Positions 18,432 through 28,922 of a stretch of DNA of 64,000 nt are shown here, piece after piece. The notes under the pieces were generated by a model, which had not been told where the DNA came from, did no database searches, and saw only the letters and a list, made by a program, of their open reading frames with translations. Position 1 is the first letter of the stretch. Each line of letters begins with the position of its first letter. The position numbers were made by a program, and so were the translations under genes. Source of the DNA: Anaeromyxobacteraceae bacterium (GTDB lineage: Bacteria > Myxococcota > Myxococcia > Myxococcales > Anaeromyxobacteraceae); NCBI GenBank assembly GCA_047602405.1, contig JASGHJ010000001.1, positions 96,001-160,000 on the forward strand, read 5' to 3'.

Positions 18432-20510
18432 ATGCCTCACCTGTTCCAGCTCGGACCCGTGGAGACCGCCCGGGGTGACGCCTGGCTCGTCGGCGGCATG
18501 GACGAGCGCGGGCTCGCCGTGCGCCCATCCATGGCCACCACGCGCGGCGAGGCCTTCCGCGCCGCCCTGAAGCGCCTCGACCCTGCGACGGTCCGGTGCG
18601 AGCCTGCGCTGGCCGACCTCGCCAGGCCGCTCGGCCTCGCTTTGGCACCGCTCGGCCCGGAGGTCCTCGAGCTCCGCGCCGTCCTCGCGTTCTCGCTCTC
18701 GTGCGGCCCTGCGGCGCCCGAGCCCGACCGGGAGACCGCGCTACCGTTCTTCGACGCCTGCCGCCAGTTCTGGAATAGGCGCCCCTGGGAAACGGCCGTG
18801 TCCGACGTGCCGATCGCGCTCGAGCTCCGGGTGGGCGGCGAGCATGTCGTCCGCGAGGCGTCGGTGATGGGCTCCGGCGGAGAGGTGTTCGGGCTCGCGC
18901 TCTACGACGTGCCGGGCTCGGTGGACCGCCTCATCGCGCTCTCCGACCGCGGCGGTCGCTCGGCCGCCGCCCGGATTGACACGACGACCGTGATGTTCGA
19001 GGAGGAGCCGCGCTGGGCGGCGGACGCCTGGAGCGCGGCGTTCGGCGGCCCGCGCATCCCACAGACGATGCGCCTGCGGCGCGGCAAGAGCGTCGCGCCG
19101 AAGCCGCGCGAGATCGCGGAGCTCACGGCCGCCCTCCTCGCGGTGTCCGATCTCCTCTCGCCGAGGGACCCCGCGCCGGGCAGCGTATCTCGCACGGTCC
19201 GCGCCGGCCCGATCGTGATTGACGTCCGCGCGACGCTCGCCGAGGAGCCGATGCCCGAGCGCCTCGTTCCCCTCCGCGAGGACGAGCGCGACGGCGGCCC
19301 GGAGCTCGTGGTGCGCCCGTCCGACGCCCTGCGCCGTGACCGGATCCCGCGGAACGCCCCCTGCCCCTGCGGCTCCGGGCGCAAGTACAAGAAGTGCCAC
19401 CTCGCCGAGGACGAGGCCCGCGCCGCCGTGGCGCGCCTGCCGGGCGAGGCCGGCGAGTCGGCCCGCGCCGAGTCGCGCCGCCTCGCCGAGCGCGAGCCGG
19501 TGCACGACCTCGACGAGCGCATCAACGCCGACGCCCTCGCGCTCGCGCGCCGTCACTGGGGAGCGCGCTACTCCCCGGAGGACGCCCTCGCCGCGCTGGG
19601 CGTCCCCGAACAGTTCATGGGCTATGTCGACGGATGGAAGGCGGCCCACTTCCCCGGCCCCGATGGCCGCACCGCGCTCGACCTCTACCTGGACGAGCGG
19701 GGTGCCGGGCTCGACGACCTCGGCCGCCGGCTCGTGGAGGCACAGCCACGCGCGTGGTTCGGGCCGCTCGAGGTCGTGAGCGTGGCCCCGGGCGAGTCGC
19801 TCGTGCTGCGCGATCTCCTCGAGGGCGGCGTGCGGGAGGTGAAGGAGCGGTCCGCCTCGCGTACCCTCGTCGCCCACGAGGTCGTGCTCGCCCGTGTGCT
19901 CGATCTCGGCGACCACCACGTCCTCGGCGGCTGCTACCCGCGCGCGCTGCCGCCGCTCGAGGCCGACGACGTGCGCCGCGCCCTCCTGAAGGTGATGAAG
20001 GTACGGGGCAAGGCCGCGGTTTCGCTCGCGAAGCTCCGCGAGGCGACGGCGATGGGCCTGCCTTTCGCGTGCTGGACCGAGGGCGTGCGCGCGCTCGAGG
20101 CGCGGGCCCGCCTCACCCTCGAGAACTCCGACGGGGAGCCGGTCCTCATCACGGTCGACCGCTTCGACGTCGCGGCCGGCCGCGGGGCCGCGGTGCGCGA
20201 GGCCCAGCTGTCGGCGCCGGGCGCGGTGTCCCAGGCAGCGAGTCCGCGGCACGGGCGCCCGTCCGCCGTGCCCCCCGAGGCCGTGAAGGCGGTGCGGGCG
20301 CTCGAGCTCGGGCTCAAGCTGCGCTGGCTCGACGAGGAGATCCCGGCGCTCGGCGGCCTCACGCCACGAGCGGCTGCCCGACGCAAGGGCGAGCCGCGCC
20401 GGCGCCTGGCGCTCCTGCTCGACGAGCTCGAGACCATGGAGGCGCGCCGGCCGGCGGCGGAGCGCTTCGACGTGGGGATCCTGCGGCGGGAGCTCGGGGT
20501 GTGGACGTAG
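18432..20510 (+). CDS. SEC-C motif protein with C-terminal MbcA/ParS/Xre (DUF2384)-like domain
   Basis: RNAPCPCGSGRKYKKCH in the middle; C-terminal WLDEEIPALGGLTPRAAA. Confidence 0.75.
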   Translation: MPHLFQLGPVETARGDAWLVGGMDERGLAVRPSMATTRGEAFRAALKRLDPATVRCEPALADLARPLGLALAPLGPEVLELRAVLAFSLSCGPAAPEPDRETALPFFDACRQFWNRRPWETAVSDVPIALELRVGGEHVVREASVMGSGGEVFGLALYDVPGSVDRLIALSDRGGRSAAARIDTTTVMFEEEPRWAADAWSAAFGGPRIPQTMRLRRGKSVAPKPREIAELTAALLAVSDLLSPRDPAPGSVSRTVRAGPIVIDVRATLAEEPMPERLVPLREDERDGGPELVVRPSDALRRDRIPRNAPCPCGSGRKYKKCHLAEDEARAAVARLPGEAGESARAESRRLAEREPVHDLDERINADALALARRHWGARYSPEDALAALGVPEQFMGYVDGWKAAHFPGPDGRTALDLYLDERGAGLDDLGRRLVEAQPRAWFGPLEVVSVAPGESLVLRDLLEGGVREVKERSASRTLVAHEVVLARVLDLGDHHVLGGCYPRALPPLEADDVRRALLKVMKVRGKAAVSLAKLREATAMGLPFACWTEGVRALEARARLTLENSDGEPVLITVDRFDVAAGRGAAVREAQLSAPGAVSQAASPRHGRPSAVPPEAVKAVRALELGLKLRWLDEEIPALGGLTPRAAARRKGEPRRRLALLLDELETMEARRPAAERFDVGILRRELGVWT

Positions 20511-20599
20511 GCGGCGGGGTTCGGGGCCCGCCCGCGATTGCATTGGGCGACGTCAGAGGGGGCTGGTAGTCGTCGCGGGTCTCCCGCCCTCGAGGCTCC

Positions 20600-21613
20600 G
20601 TGCGCGCCCTCCCGACTCCCGAGCAGTCCATCGACACCCGGGATGCCCCGCTCGCGCTCACGCTGACGTGCAACCGCTGCGGTCGCCGGCAGTCTCGCAA
20701 GTTCGACTGGGCGTGCATCGATCCCCGCGATGAGCGGGACGACGGGTGGGATGGCGTTTTGCTCTCGCGGATCGTGGAGTGCTCCGGCTGCGGGGCGATC
20801 GATGACTACGCGCTCGCCGGCACGTCCTACCTCCAGCTGACCGGAAGGCTGCTCCGAGCCCTCGACAAGGACGCCGGTACGGGTCGGATCATCCTGGGGG
20901 TCTCGCAGCTGTGGGATGGCTCGGTTGCTCGACGCCCGTCCACCGCGCTCGCGCGGCTCCGTCAGCTCGCCGCGGATCATCCCGAGCGGGCCGAGGGCTT
21001 CCGGCGTCTCGGGAACGGCTGCGAGCGCTTCGGCTTCGTCGAGGAGGCCCTCGCGGCCTGGAAGAAGGCCCTCGAACTGGACCCGGCGGAGCTCGAGTCG
21101 GCCTGTTTGCTCGCGTCCCACGCGTGGAGCGGCGGCCAGCGGGAGGAGACGCTCAGGTACCTGCGTCGAGGCCTGCAGGCGGTCTTGCGTGCGACGGAGT
21201 TGGGGCGGGACGTGCTTGATCCGGCGCGCCACCTCGCGACGCTCCTCCACGAGGTGGCCGGCAGGGATCCGGAGCCTCTGGGGCTCCTCGCGGCCTGGTT
21301 CGAAGGAGAGATGGGGGGCCAGCGGGTCGCCCACGCGAGCGCGGTCGACCTTCGCAAGGTGAGCGACCCCGAGCGCCTGGCAGACTTCCTGGTCCGCCCG
21401 GGGCTGGTCGGCGTCGAGCTCTCGTCCGAGCTGCCCGCGGGGGAGCCCACCCACCTGGAGCAGGTGCTCTCGAGCGCACTCCCGAGGCCACGGCGCCCTC
21501 AGCCTACCGGACCGTCCCCGGTCGCGAGGGAGCACACGCCGGACAAGGTCGGGCGCAACGCGCCCTGCCCGTGCGGCAGCGGGAAGAAACACAAGCGCTG
21601 CTGCGGGGGCTGA
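20600..21613 (+). CDS. zinc-ribbon/TPR/SEC-C protein
   Basis: CNRC and CSGC pairs, TPR (EEALAAWKKALELDP), C-terminal KVGRNAPCPCGSGKKHKRCC. Confidence 0.75.
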   Translation: MRALPTPEQSIDTRDAPLALTLTCNRCGRRQSRKFDWACIDPRDERDDGWDGVLLSRIVECSGCGAIDDYALAGTSYLQLTGRLLRALDKDAGTGRIILGVSQLWDGSVARRPSTALARLRQLAADHPERAEGFRRLGNGCERFGFVEEALAAWKKALELDPAELESACLLASHAWSGGQREETLRYLRRGLQAVLRATELGRDVLDPARHLATLLHEVAGRDPEPLGLLAAWFEGEMGGQRVAHASAVDLRKVSDPERLADFLVRPGLVGVELSSELPAGEPTHLEQVLSSALPRPRRPQPTGPSPVAREHTPDKVGRNAPCPCGSGKKHKRCCGG

Positions 21614-21775
21614 ACGGCGTCGATGAGCGGAGGGCGTGCGCCAAGCTCCGCGAGGCCGGGGCACGCTCGAGTGAACCTCTCGCACAGCTGCTGCCCAGGC
21701 CTCCACAGGCGAACCGAACCATCCGCCTTCTGGCAGGCCCCGCGGCACCCTTCGTGCCGCGGGGCCTTCGTCCTG

Positions 21776-24700
21776 CTACCTCGCGATCGGCACCGCCGCC
21801 CCCGCCTCCCCGACCTCGTACGCTGGCGTCATGAGCTCCTCCTCGATCGGCACCGCCGGCTCCGTCTCGAACGCACGCATCCCGGTCCGGATGTCGTACG
21901 CGTCCGCGACGCCGAGGTTCACGAGGTACCCCATGTCGGCGAGCGACCCGATCGTCGTCCGGCTCAGCGGGTTCACGGCCCCACCGATCCATCCGGTCAT
22001 GAGTTCGCGCCCGAACACGGTCTCTCGCCAGTGCGAGTTCGCCGTCCCCGTCCCGCCGGTATTCTCGACCGGCACCGCGGTCCCGGCGTAGGTCGTGCCG
22101 CCGTTGTAGTCGAGGAACGCCGAGCGGGCCTGGCTGCCCAGGAAGTACGGATCGGTCCCGCCCGAGCCGTACAGGAGCCCGAGGTCGGTCCACATCGAGC
22201 CGAAGCCGACGACGTGCAGCATCTCGTGCTGGATCACGGAGTCGAGCGTCCCGTCCGCGAGCATCGCGGCGAGGTCCGCGGCATCGAACTTCATCACGCC
22301 GAACACCGGTAGGCGCGACGACGTGCGGATCATGCACGGGCCGGCCTGCCCGAGGATGCCGCCCGGTCCGTCGATGTCCTGGACCAGCACCGCGATGTAG
22401 AGGTCGTCGACCGTGCCGGTGATCGACAGCCCAGCGCAGCTCGCGAGGTATCCCGTGTTGAGGTAGACGTTCGGGAGCTCGCCGGTGATCATCCCCTCGA
22501 CGCGTGCCCGAGCGCGCGTGAACGCCCGGACGACGGCGTCAGACGCCGTCGTCATGTACTGGAGCGTGATGTCGTAGCCCTCGGCGGCCGCGCGGGGCGT
22601 GGCCGTGAACGTGAAGACCAGCGAAGGGTCCTCGGTCACGCGCGCGTTCACGACCTGCAGCCCCGTGGTGCCAAGCGTCCAGGACGCGACGCCGGCGCGG
22701 CCATCGGCGCCGGTCACGGCCGAGGCCGCGGTCAGCGTGCCGCCGCCCGCCACCTCAAAGGTGACGGCCGTGCCGGCCACTGGCTGGCCGGCCGCGTCGC
22801 GCACCACGACGACCGGCGGGTCGGCCACGGGCTTCCCGGCGGCCGAGACCTGGTGCTCCGCGGAGACTGCGGCGATGGACGCGGGCGGCGCCGAGCCCAC
22901 GAACGACGAGGTCGCGACCGCGCTCGCGCCCCGCGGGTCGACGACCGCGAGCTTGAGCTCGTAGGTCCCCGGCACGTCCGGCACGAAGCTCGTGCGGATC
23001 TCGCCGGGCGCGGCGATGGTGGCCACGCTCCCGACCGGCCGCGACGACACGGCCCAGGTGAATGTCATCGCGTCTCCGTCCGGATCCGAGGAACCTGTAC
23101 CGTCGAGCGTGATCACCTTGCCTACGACAGCGCCCGGAATGGCCGCGATCCTCGGCTCCGGCGGGCGGTTCGGCGGAGGACGGGCCGTGAGCAGGATGGT
23201 GATCACCACGGACGTGGTGCCGTCTGTGGCCGTCAGCTTCACGACGCCGGGCGGCACTCCGCTCGCGGGGGGACCCGACGTGGGAGGCGTGTAGACGACC
23301 GACGTGCCGGAGGCCGTGGAGAGGGTGCCGAACGGCGGGTTGATGCTCCAGGCGACGGAGGTCGGGAGCGCCGCCCTCGTGGCCGCGAAGGTGACGGGAA
23401 GCCCTCCGAGCTGTCGGACCGGGTAAGCGGGGGACACCACGATGGCCGACGCGGGGGGCCGCACGACGATGGTCCGGCTCGCCGAGGCCGTCTGGTTCGT
23501 CAGCACGGACCGGCACGAGTAGGACGCATAGTGAGTCCCGGTGGAATAGTAGGTGAAGCTCGCATCCGCGAAGGGCCACAGAGAGCCGTCGGACTGCCAG
23601 TCCTCGACCGCGCCCTCGAGCGGGCACCGCGCGACGAACCGCACGGCGGTTCCGGGGGAGACGCTGATCGTCTTCGCCTCCGGAAGGCTGACGAAGTCAC
23701 CCGAGGCCACGGGCACCGGCACCGTTGTCGAACGGACGCCGTCCGAGGCCACGAGCTGGAGGTTGTAGGTCCCGCGCACGTCGGCCCGGAACGACGGCTT
23801 CGCCGTGTCGGCGTCGAACAGGACGGCTCCGCTCCCCTGCGGCTTCGAGGTCAGGGTCCACGCGAACGTGATGGGGTCCCCGTCGGGGTCCCGCGTCGAG
23901 GATGCGTCGACGAGCGCGTACTGACCCACTTCCGGAGTCACTGGTGCCACCGAGACGACCGGCGGGCGGTTCGGCATGGGCATGACCGAGGGCGAGGGCT
24001 GCGACTCGGGACCGGCTCCGACGACGTTCCTCGCGACCACGCGGAACTCGTAGGAGGTGAGGTTCGCGAGGCCCGTCACGGTTGCGCGCGTTCCTGTGAT
24101 CTCGACGATAGCGGACGGCTGGGTCGGGGTGAGGAGGAGCGTATACGCGGTCAGCGGGCGGCCACCGTCCGAGACGGGTGCGATCCAGGTGATCACCGCG
24201 GCGCCATCGCTTGCGACGGCGTTGACCGCGGTCGGCGCGCCCGGGACGTCCGGGGTCGTGACCGCGCCGGATGGGGCCGAGGCCGGGCCCGTGCCCACCG
24301 CGTTCGTGGCGGTCACCTGGAACGTGTAGCTCGTGCCCCTGCCGAGTCCGGACACGGTGGCGTTGGTGCCCTGCACCTCGAACACGGCCGACGCGGCCGC
24401 GGGCATCGGGACGACCGTGTAGCCCGTGAGCGGGCGGCCACCGTCGCTGGACGGCGCCGACCAGGAGAGCGAGACGGTCACCTCTCCCATCAGCGCCCGC
24501 ACGTTCTCCGGCGCCGCGGGCACGGCCGGCGTGGTCACCGCGGGTGAGGGCGCGGAGGGCGCGCTCGAACCCGCGCCGTTCGAGGCGGTGACCGTAAAGG
24601 TGTACCTCGTACCGTCGTCGAGCCCGGTCACCGTCGCGCTGGTGCCCGTGGCGTTCTCGGTCGCGCCGCCCGGGCTCGCCTTCACCCGGAAGCTCGTCGC

Positions 24701-24880
24701 GGCGCCGGCCGTGCCTGTCGGGCCCGGCGTCCAGGTCACGATCGCGCTGCGCACGCCGGCCTCGGCAGTCACGCCGACGGGCGCCTCCGGCGGGCGCTCC
24801 TTCTTGCCACCGCCACCGCACGCCGCGAGGCCCACCACCAGCAGCGCCACCGCAGACCAACGGCTCATCCGTGTCTTCAT
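21776..24880 (-). CDS. lipoprotein: three FN3 + PKD/Ig-like repeats + leishmanolysin (M8)-like metalloprotease
   Basis: Lipobox LAAC; FN3 repeats (YTFTVTASN); DPDGD PKD-like repeats; HEMLHVVGF, SHW and ELMT motifs. Confidence 0.85.
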   Translation of the reverse strand: MKTRMSRWSAVALLVVGLAACGGGGKKERPPEAPVGVTAEAGVRSAIVTWTPGPTGTAGAATSFRVKASPGGATENATGTSATVTGLDDGTRYTFTVTASNGAGSSAPSAPSPAVTTPAVPAAPENVRALMGEVTVSLSWSAPSSDGGRPLTGYTVVPMPAAASAVFEVQGTNATVSGLGRGTSYTFQVTATNAVGTGPASAPSGAVTTPDVPGAPTAVNAVASDGAAVITWIAPVSDGGRPLTAYTLLLTPTQPSAIVEITGTRATVTGLANLTSYEFRVVARNVVGAGPESQPSPSVMPMPNRPPVVSVAPVTPEVGQYALVDASSTRDPDGDPITFAWTLTSKPQGSGAVLFDADTAKPSFRADVRGTYNLQLVASDGVRSTTVPVPVASGDFVSLPEAKTISVSPGTAVRFVARCPLEGAVEDWQSDGSLWPFADASFTYYSTGTHYASYSCRSVLTNQTASASRTIVVRPPASAIVVSPAYPVRQLGGLPVTFAATRAALPTSVAWSINPPFGTLSTASGTSVVYTPPTSGPPASGVPPGVVKLTATDGTTSVVITILLTARPPPNRPPEPRIAAIPGAVVGKVITLDGTGSSDPDGDAMTFTWAVSSRPVGSVATIAAPGEIRTSFVPDVPGTYELKLAVVDPRGASAVATSSFVGSAPPASIAAVSAEHQVSAAGKPVADPPVVVVRDAAGQPVAGTAVTFEVAGGGTLTAASAVTGADGRAGVASWTLGTTGLQVVNARVTEDPSLVFTFTATPRAAAEGYDITLQYMTTASDAVVRAFTRARARVEGMITGELPNVYLNTGYLASCAGLSITGTVDDLYIAVLVQDIDGPGGILGQAGPCMIRTSSRLPVFGVMKFDAADLAAMLADGTLDSVIQHEMLHVVGFGSMWTDLGLLYGSGGTDPYFLGSQARSAFLDYNGGTTYAGTAVPVENTGGTGTANSHWRETVFGRELMTGWIGGAVNPLSRTTIGSLADMGYLVNLGVADAYDIRTGMRAFETEPAVPIEEELMTPAYEVGEAGAAVPIAR

Positions 24881-25120
24881 GTCCCCCCCTCGTGAAAGGC
24901 GCGGGCATCCTATGAAAGGGGCGGACACGGGCAATGGTCATCGCGCCGTGCCGTTCACTCATCGTCAGCTGACGCACGCTGCGGCAGGCCCTCCCGCGAG
25001 CGCCTGAGACAAGAAGACGCACGGCGGACCCGTCCGCTCGCCATCACATCGCGGCGCCCGTCGGTCCTTGGCGTGCCCCGTCGCGCCCCCCGTGTCCGCC
25101 CCACCCCTACCCTCCGCCTC

Positions 25121-26038
25121 ATGAACACCGAGCTCAACGCGTTCCTCGAGTCGCTCCTCTTCGCCGCCCCGCAGCGCCACGCCTCCCTCACCGTTATCCC
25201 GCTCGTCACCCGCGAAGCGCGCCCCGCCGGCTACCTCCAGCTCAGGGACGCCCTCGCGAAGAACCTCGTGAAGGTCACCGAGGTGAGCGAGGGCGGCAGC
25301 GTCCCGGACCTCCTCCTCGAGAACCTCGCCGACGAGGACGTCCTCCTCCTGGACGGCGACGAGCTCGTCGGCGCGACGCAGAACCGCGTGCTCAACACCT
25401 CCATCCTCGTTCCGCCGCACACGCGCACGAAGATCCCGGTCTCCTGCGTCGAGCGCGGCCGCTGGCAGTACCGCTCCCGCGCGTTCCAGAGCGAGGACCG
25501 CATGATGTTCGCCCGCGGCCGCGCGATGAAGCTCGGCCAGGTCACGACCTCGCTCCGGCAGACCGGCACGCACCGCTCCGACCAGGGCCAGGTCTGGCGC
25601 GACGTCTCCAAGAAGGCGGCCTTCTTCCGCGTGGCCTCGCCAAGCGAGGCGATGAGCGACGTCTACGCGCAGGTCGAGAACGACGTCGCGTCGTACCGCA
25701 CCGCGTTCCACCCGGTGCCGAACCAGGTCGGCGCGGTGTTCGCCATCGGCGGGCGCGCGGTGGGGCTCGAGCTCTTCGACGCGCCCGAGACGCTCGCCGC
25801 GACGCTCCGGAAGCTCGTCGGGTCCTACGCGCTCGACGCGATGGAGGAGTCCGTGCCTGCGGCCGTGGACGCGGACGGGGTCGCAACGGAGCTCCTCGCC
25901 CGCGCGCGGCGCCTCCATACGACGCCGGCCCCCGGCGCCTGCAAGGGCACCGAGCTCCGGCTCGAGGGAGCGGGCCTCGCCGGCTCGGCGCTGCTGGACG
26001 GGGAGCGGGTGGTGCACCTCTCGGTGCTCGCGGTGTAG
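25121..26038 (+). CDS. DUF6569 / ARPP-1 family protein
   Basis: VTEVSEGGSVP, GDELVGATQNRVLN, IPVSCVERGRW, QGQVW motifs. Confidence 0.8.
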   Translation: MNTELNAFLESLLFAAPQRHASLTVIPLVTREARPAGYLQLRDALAKNLVKVTEVSEGGSVPDLLLENLADEDVLLLDGDELVGATQNRVLNTSILVPPHTRTKIPVSCVERGRWQYRSRAFQSEDRMMFARGRAMKLGQVTTSLRQTGTHRSDQGQVWRDVSKKAAFFRVASPSEAMSDVYAQVENDVASYRTAFHPVPNQVGAVFAIGGRAVGLELFDAPETLAATLRKLVGSYALDAMEESVPAAVDADGVATELLARARRLHTTPAPGACKGTELRLEGAGLAGSALLDGERVVHLSVLAV

Positions 26039-26136
26039 CCGCCGCACGGCACGGAACCTGCTCTCCCGCCTCGTCGCGCACGTCGCCCGCGGAAACTCGC
26101 AGGCTTGCGGGGACGGCGCCGGCCGCCGCGCGGACC

Positions 26137-26706
26137 ATGGTCCGCCGATCGGCCGCAACGCCAGCCGCGGGAGGCGCCGTGCACTCGACCGATCTCAGTC
26201 CATCCGTCGTCGTGGATTCCACGCTGGATGCGTTCGCGCGCGCGGTCTCGGCCGGACGCCGCGCCGAGCTCGCCCGCGTGCTCGCCAAGCTCCCTCCGTT
26301 CCTGGACGGCCGCATCCTCCCCGCGCTTGTCCACGTCCTCGAGGAGAACCCGCACGCGGGGGTCCCACTCGTCCGCGACCACGGCGACCCTCGTGGCGGC
26401 GCGCACCTCTCCCTCAGCTTCGACCGCGTGGCCCTTGGCGAACCGCTCTTCTGCCCCGGGCACCGCGCGTGGATGCTCCAGTCCATCGCCGAGGCGATGA
26501 AGGCCCTCGGCACCCAGCCATCCGCCTCGCAGGCGAGGGAGCTCGCGCGCGCCCTGTATGACGCCATAGGCGACCCTTGCTACGAGGCGGAGCGCGGGCG
26601 AAGGCTGATAGCCGCCGCGCCTCCGGCGAGCACCGGGCGAGGACCGGGCCGGAACGCGCCGTGCCCGTGCGGCAGCGGCAAGAAGTTCAAGAGATGCTGC
26701 GGGTGA
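26137..26706 (+). CDS. SEC-C motif protein
   Basis: C-terminal PGRNAPCPCGSGKKFKRCCG; start uncertain. Confidence 0.7.
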   Translation: MVRRSAATPAAGGAVHSTDLSPSVVVDSTLDAFARAVSAGRRAELARVLAKLPPFLDGRILPALVHVLEENPHAGVPLVRDHGDPRGGAHLSLSFDRVALGEPLFCPGHRAWMLQSIAEAMKALGTQPSASQARELARALYDAIGDPCYEAERGRRLIAAAPPASTGRGPGRNAPCPCGSGKKFKRCCG

Positions 26707-26723
26707 CCGGTATCCGGTCCCCC

Positions 26724-27693
26724 TCAGATCCTCCCGCTCTCCCTCAACCACGCCAGCGCCGGCGCGAGGCACTCGCACGCGGAGCGGAACTCGACCCCGA
26801 GCTCCCGCCGCGCCTTCGAGGTGTCCATGAACCAGTGCCGCGTGGCGTACGGGACCACGTGGTGATCGAACGGAAGCGGGACCCGCAGGTACCGACCCGC
26901 GAGCGCGAGCCCCCGCATCAGGCGGTTCGGCACCTTCACCACCCGCTTCCTCTGCCCGAGAAGCTCGAGCGTCACCCGCGCGAGTTCCACGATGGTGAGG
27001 TTCTCGCTCCCGAGCACGTAGCGCTCGCCGCTCCGCCCGCGGGTCATCGCCGCGACGATGCCCGCGGCGACGTCGTCCACGTGGGCGACGAGGGTGCCGC
27101 CCGTGCACACGAGCACCGGGTTCGACCTCGCGAAGTCGGCGAGCGTCCCCGCCGTGATGAAGTCCACGTCGCCGGGCCCGTACACCTCGCCGGGGTTGCA
27201 GACGACCACGTGCTGGCCGCGCGCGTGCGCCTCCCGGGCACAGCGCCTCCGCGGCGCGCTTGCACCGTGAGTAGTTGAGCCCGCCCGCGGCGAGCGTGTA
27301 GCTCGCGCTCTCGTCGAACACCTCGGGCCGCTCGCTCCCGTTCACCGCGAGGATGCTCGACACGTACACGACCCGGATGCCCGGCACGGCCGCGGCGGCC
27401 TCGAGCACGTGCCGCGTCCCCTGCACGACCACCTCGTCCATGAGCGGCGAGTCGATCAACGCCCACGCCGAGAGGCCGGCGATGTGCAGCACCGCGTCCT
27501 GGCCGGCGACGGCGGCGCGGACCGACCCGGCGTCCCGCACGTCCCCCGTCACTCGCTCGTACGGCAGCGAGGCCAGCCGGTCCGTGCGGCTCGTCGGCCG
27601 GAGCAGGCACCGGACCTCGTGGCCCTGCGCCGCGAGCGCGCGGACCGCCGCCGACCCGATGAAACCGTTCCCTCCCGTGACGAGGACGCGCAT
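26724..27693 (-). CDS. NAD-dependent epimerase/dehydratase (DFR/HpnA-like), frameshift near 27236-27238
   Basis: VLVTGGNGFIG and YSRCK; C-half (NPGEVYGPGD...GERYVL) lies in an adjacent frame. Confidence 0.85.
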
Positions 27694-27727
27694 GAACCTG
27701 GGGTACTCGCTCGGCGGCGCCGACGCT

Positions 27728-28861
27728 TCACCGCTCGAGGAACCGGTACCGCACCTGCTGCGTGGGCTCCATGCCCTCCACCCAGACGGCCCACACGATC
27801 TCCGGCGTTGGGGTCCGCACGATCCGGGGCGTGTAGCCCGGCACCGGCAGGTGCTCGGGCTCGCCGGTGAAGGGCCCTGCGACCGGCCGGACCACGGTGC
27901 CGTCCTCCCGCACCCACGCGACGGACCACGTGCCGTTCCGCTCCGCGAAGAGCCAGGGGAACACGTCGGTGTGCGCGGCGTCGGGCCCGCTCGCCACCAC
28001 GGGCGCGGTCCACGTGAGCCCGTCCGCGGAGGTCGAGAGCATCGTCTCGGCGCTCCTGTCGAGGACGTTCTCGCCGAGCGCGAGGTCGTGGCGCGTGAAC
28101 GCCATCAGGAACTCGCCGGGGCCCCGCTCGACCACGTGCGGGAACGCGTCGTTCGAGCCCGACGCGAGCCCCGCGGCCTCGACCGGCGCGTGCCAGCCCG
28201 CCGCGTCGCGCACCGCGACGTCGATGCGGCGCCGGGTGTCGCCGGCGCGGTAGCCCGAGGTGAAGTAGACGAGCATCCGGCCGTCGGAGGTCGCGACCAT
28301 CGCCGGGTGCTGATCGTCCGGCCCCGGCGAGATCGCGATGGCGCTGGCCTCGTCGAAGGCGAGCCCGTCGAACGAGACGTTTTGCCAGATGCGCCGGTCG
28401 GTCCCGGTGCAGCACCCCGGGGTGCCCGGGCAGTGCGCGGCGTCGAAGTAGATGCAGCCCTCGGGCAGGAGGCGCCAGCGCATCCACGCGAGATGAAAGA
28501 CGCCGTTCGGCTCGCGCGCGAGGCTCGGGTAGAAGCTCCACGCCTGCGCATCGGTCGCGGCGACCGGCGTCGACCACGCCTTCCCGTCCGTCGAGCGGGT
28601 GACGAGGATCTCTTTCCGCGCGAGGCCATCGGGGTGGGCGCCGAGCCGGTTCGAGTACCACGCCGCGTACAGGGCGTCGGGCAGCCGGGTCACGAGAACG
28701 GCCGGATCCTCGTCCTGCCCGGCCTCGTTCCCGGGCGCGAGCGTGGCCGCCTGGGAGGCCTCGAGCGCCTCGAGCGGCGGCTTCCCGCACCCTTCGTGAC
28801 GCCCTCCTCCGCAGGCCACGATGCACAGCATGACGGCGAGCGTTGCACCCGGTCGTCTCAT
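27728..28861 (-). CDS. BNR/Asp-box (sialidase-like) lipoprotein
   Basis: Lipobox IVAC; Asp-boxes STDGKAW, SFDGLAF and SADGLTW. Confidence 0.7.
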   Translation of the reverse strand: MRRPGATLAVMLCIVACGGGRHEGCGKPPLEALEASQAATLAPGNEAGQDEDPAVLVTRLPDALYAAWYSNRLGAHPDGLARKEILVTRSTDGKAWSTPVAATDAQAWSFYPSLAREPNGVFHLAWMRWRLLPEGCIYFDAAHCPGTPGCCTGTDRRIWQNVSFDGLAFDEASAIAISPGPDDQHPAMVATSDGRMLVYFTSGYRAGDTRRRIDVAVRDAAGWHAPVEAAGLASGSNDAFPHVVERGPGEFLMAFTRHDLALGENVLDRSAETMLSTSADGLTWTAPVVASGPDAAHTDVFPWLFAERNGTWSVAWVREDGTVVRPVAGPFTGEPEHLPVPGYTPRIVRTPTPEIVWAVWVEGMEPTQQVRYRFLER

Positions 28862-28922
28862 GGCGCCTCCGTCGAGTTCCCTTACGGGCCGGGCCCGCGG
28901 CCGCAAGGCCCGGGGCGGTGCC

